From NCBI GenBank assembly GCA_963693365.1, contig CAVNZM010000013.1, positions 8,184,940 through 8,248,939 on the forward strand: a stretch of DNA of 64,000 nucleotides. Direction: 5' to 3'. Under the pieces are notes generated by a model that saw only the letters and a list, made by a program, of their open reading frames with translations, had not been told where the DNA came from and did not search any database. Source of the DNA: Amoebidium appalachense. Taxonomy: Eukaryota > Protista > Ichthyosporea. The position numbers and the translations under genes were made by a program. Positions 45,492 through 64,000 of this stretch are shown one piece after another (the first letter of the stretch is position 1; each line of letters opens with the position of its first letter).

Positions 45492-46582
45492 TCGAAGAGT
45501 CTGACTGTCACGGCCCGCTGCCTACACACACCGTTACACACACGTCACAGACACCATACACACCAAACACACACAGCGCACACAACACGCACTCGCGCAC
45601 GCACGCACGCACGCACACACGTGTCACAGCATACCACGCACGCACGCACGCACGCACGCTCGCCAGCCCGCCCCGCCCGCCCGCCCGCCCCGCCCGCCCG
45701 CCCGCCCGCCCGCCCGCCCGCCCGCCCGCCCGCCTGCCCGTATGCACGCAGCCGCACACGCTGTACACACTGGCTCAACGACAATACTATTACACACCGC
45801 GTGACAAAAAGTTTATTAACCTACGCACTTATTAACCCACGCACACAACCCCGTAACATACAGTGGTTCAGACTGTGTCGACGTCACACACACGCACTGC
45901 CCGTGACACACCGTGCATCCAGACACATGATGCACGCACACACACGTACACGCGGAAGATACACATTCAAGAAGTTCAAGCTCTAAAATCATAATCAAGT
46001 TCATAAAATCTCAATCTGATCCACAGAAGTTACTGCCGCATTGCTTTACAAGTTGCTTTTTCTAAAAAAAAATCAACTCAGTGTCCTCACTATCATGGTA
46101 GTATAGTGACTATTCGACATACTATAGTGCCGTGATGATAATATGCTGCACCATAAGCACAACATTTAATCACACAACGATTGACACTCATCAGGCTGAG
46201 CAGCGTCATTGATTCAGCGTACCAATCACCCTGGGCCGTTCTGAGGTCCAAAAACAGTTTCGATATATCACAGTCGGCTAAAAGCTTTGCTGCCTGCGCA
46301 ACGTGGCTGCATCGTCTTGTGGTACTGTGCGCCTGGTCAGTCCTGTGGTCCTGTGTGTGGCATATTAGCCTTATTAGGCTAGGGGCCTAACTGTTACAGT
46401 TGCCAACTACACTGTCAGCTGGTGCACGTGTCAAGGTTTCAACCCTCAGGGGGCATACGGTGTCCGAGGCTGAATGACACAATTAAGGATGCAACAGAGG
46501 CCCTAACTGTTCTAAGCAGTCTGTGTGTGTGTATCAGTTGACAAGTGTGTGTGTGTCTGTGTGTGTGCGTGTGCATGTGCGT

Positions 46583-46725
<143 letters not shown>

Positions 46726-46788
46726 GCGCGCACGCGCGCGCGTGCACGCCTATGTGCCTTCAGATCAAGTCAAGCCCTAGAAAGTTTC

Positions 46789-63232
<16,444 letters not shown>

Positions 63233-63338
63233 CTAAAAAACCCACCCGGTTAGGACAAACTTTTTTGTGAGGCTATGGGTAAGTGTGCATTTAAGCTACC
63301 TTTGCCAATATGTATTTACTATGCATGTTGGTTACAAT

Positions 63339-63600
63339 TGGGGTTTAGGCTGTTTACTCGAGGCAAAGAGAGACCAGTCTCGGGTATGGGGGGTTTTTCC
63401 TCGGAATATCCCCTCAGCGGTATATCATGTTCAATTACATAGATGTCGGGTGCTGATATATATCAGGGTTTTCTTACTCTACGGAGCACCATAAAGACTA
63501 AGAAAATCAATTAGTTGGGTTCCCAGTTTTTTTTTTTTTTTTTTTTTTTTTTTTACGGGCTCCCCTGGGACACTCGGTATCAGCTGGTGTGTGTGTGTGT
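63339..63600 (-). repeat. Second copy of the segment at 38293-38600 (putative LINE 3' UTR), in a PMCA intron
   Basis: Colinear match: CTGTTTACTCGAGGCAAAGAG...CTCGGAATATCCCCTCAGCGGTATATCATG...CATAAAGACTA...T-run...GACACTCGGTATCAGCTGG-(TG)n. Confidence 0.88.
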
Positions 63601-63838
63601 GAGGTTACAATTGCGTATTTGGGGTACCTAATCTGAGCAATGGGGAACCCAAATTAGTCTTTATGAGCAATTATGGACTTGATAATAATAATGTGTGTGA
63701 CAAGGCTTATATCAGAGGGGGGAGGGCGGGGACGGAGAAAGCAAAGAGTGCTTTGATCTGTACACTCACAGGGTGGTCGTATGGGAGGGAGGGGGAGGTC
63801 AGTTCTTTTATGTTGCCATCTCTTCGGAGGAGGGAGGG

Positions 63839-63877
<39 letters not shown>

Positions 63878-64000
63878 GCAATAAGGCACACATGACAGAT
63901 TTCTCCTATTCCCATCACAGGGGCTGATAACAGCTCTCGTCGGGTAAAGTGAATGGCAGGAAAAGGAGAGTGCACACAGAGGTCTTGTTTGGCGTCTTTG

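Overview
Eukaryotic, intron-rich DNA full of G/C homopolymers and (CA)n/(GA)n microsatellites. The genes look opisthokont-like; the taxon is inferred only. Most of the six-frame ORF track is microsatellite noise. Five spliced host genes were reconstructed by eye: the 3' part of a GH79 glycoside hydrolase (+), MND1 (-), an ECHDC1-like crotonase (+), an ARF GTPase (+) and most of a PMCA-type Ca2+ ATPase (-). Mobile DNA comprises a young, complete Ty1/copia LTR retrotransposon (162-6043, -), a 1.1-kb TRIM-like miniature LTR element (33980-35085, -), a PIF/Harbinger MITE, a probable LINE 3' remnant with a second UTR copy, and a short dispersed intronic repeat family. The best candidate for a new system is the copia/TRIM pair. 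Their LTR bodies are unrelated, but they share LTR termini, an unusual PPT and a half-tRNAi-Met primer site, and both are inserted inside pure G:C homopolymer tracts, which suggests homopolymer-targeted integration. The host introns also show a recurring layout: poly-C just after donors, (CA)n just before acceptors, and GC-AG introns.
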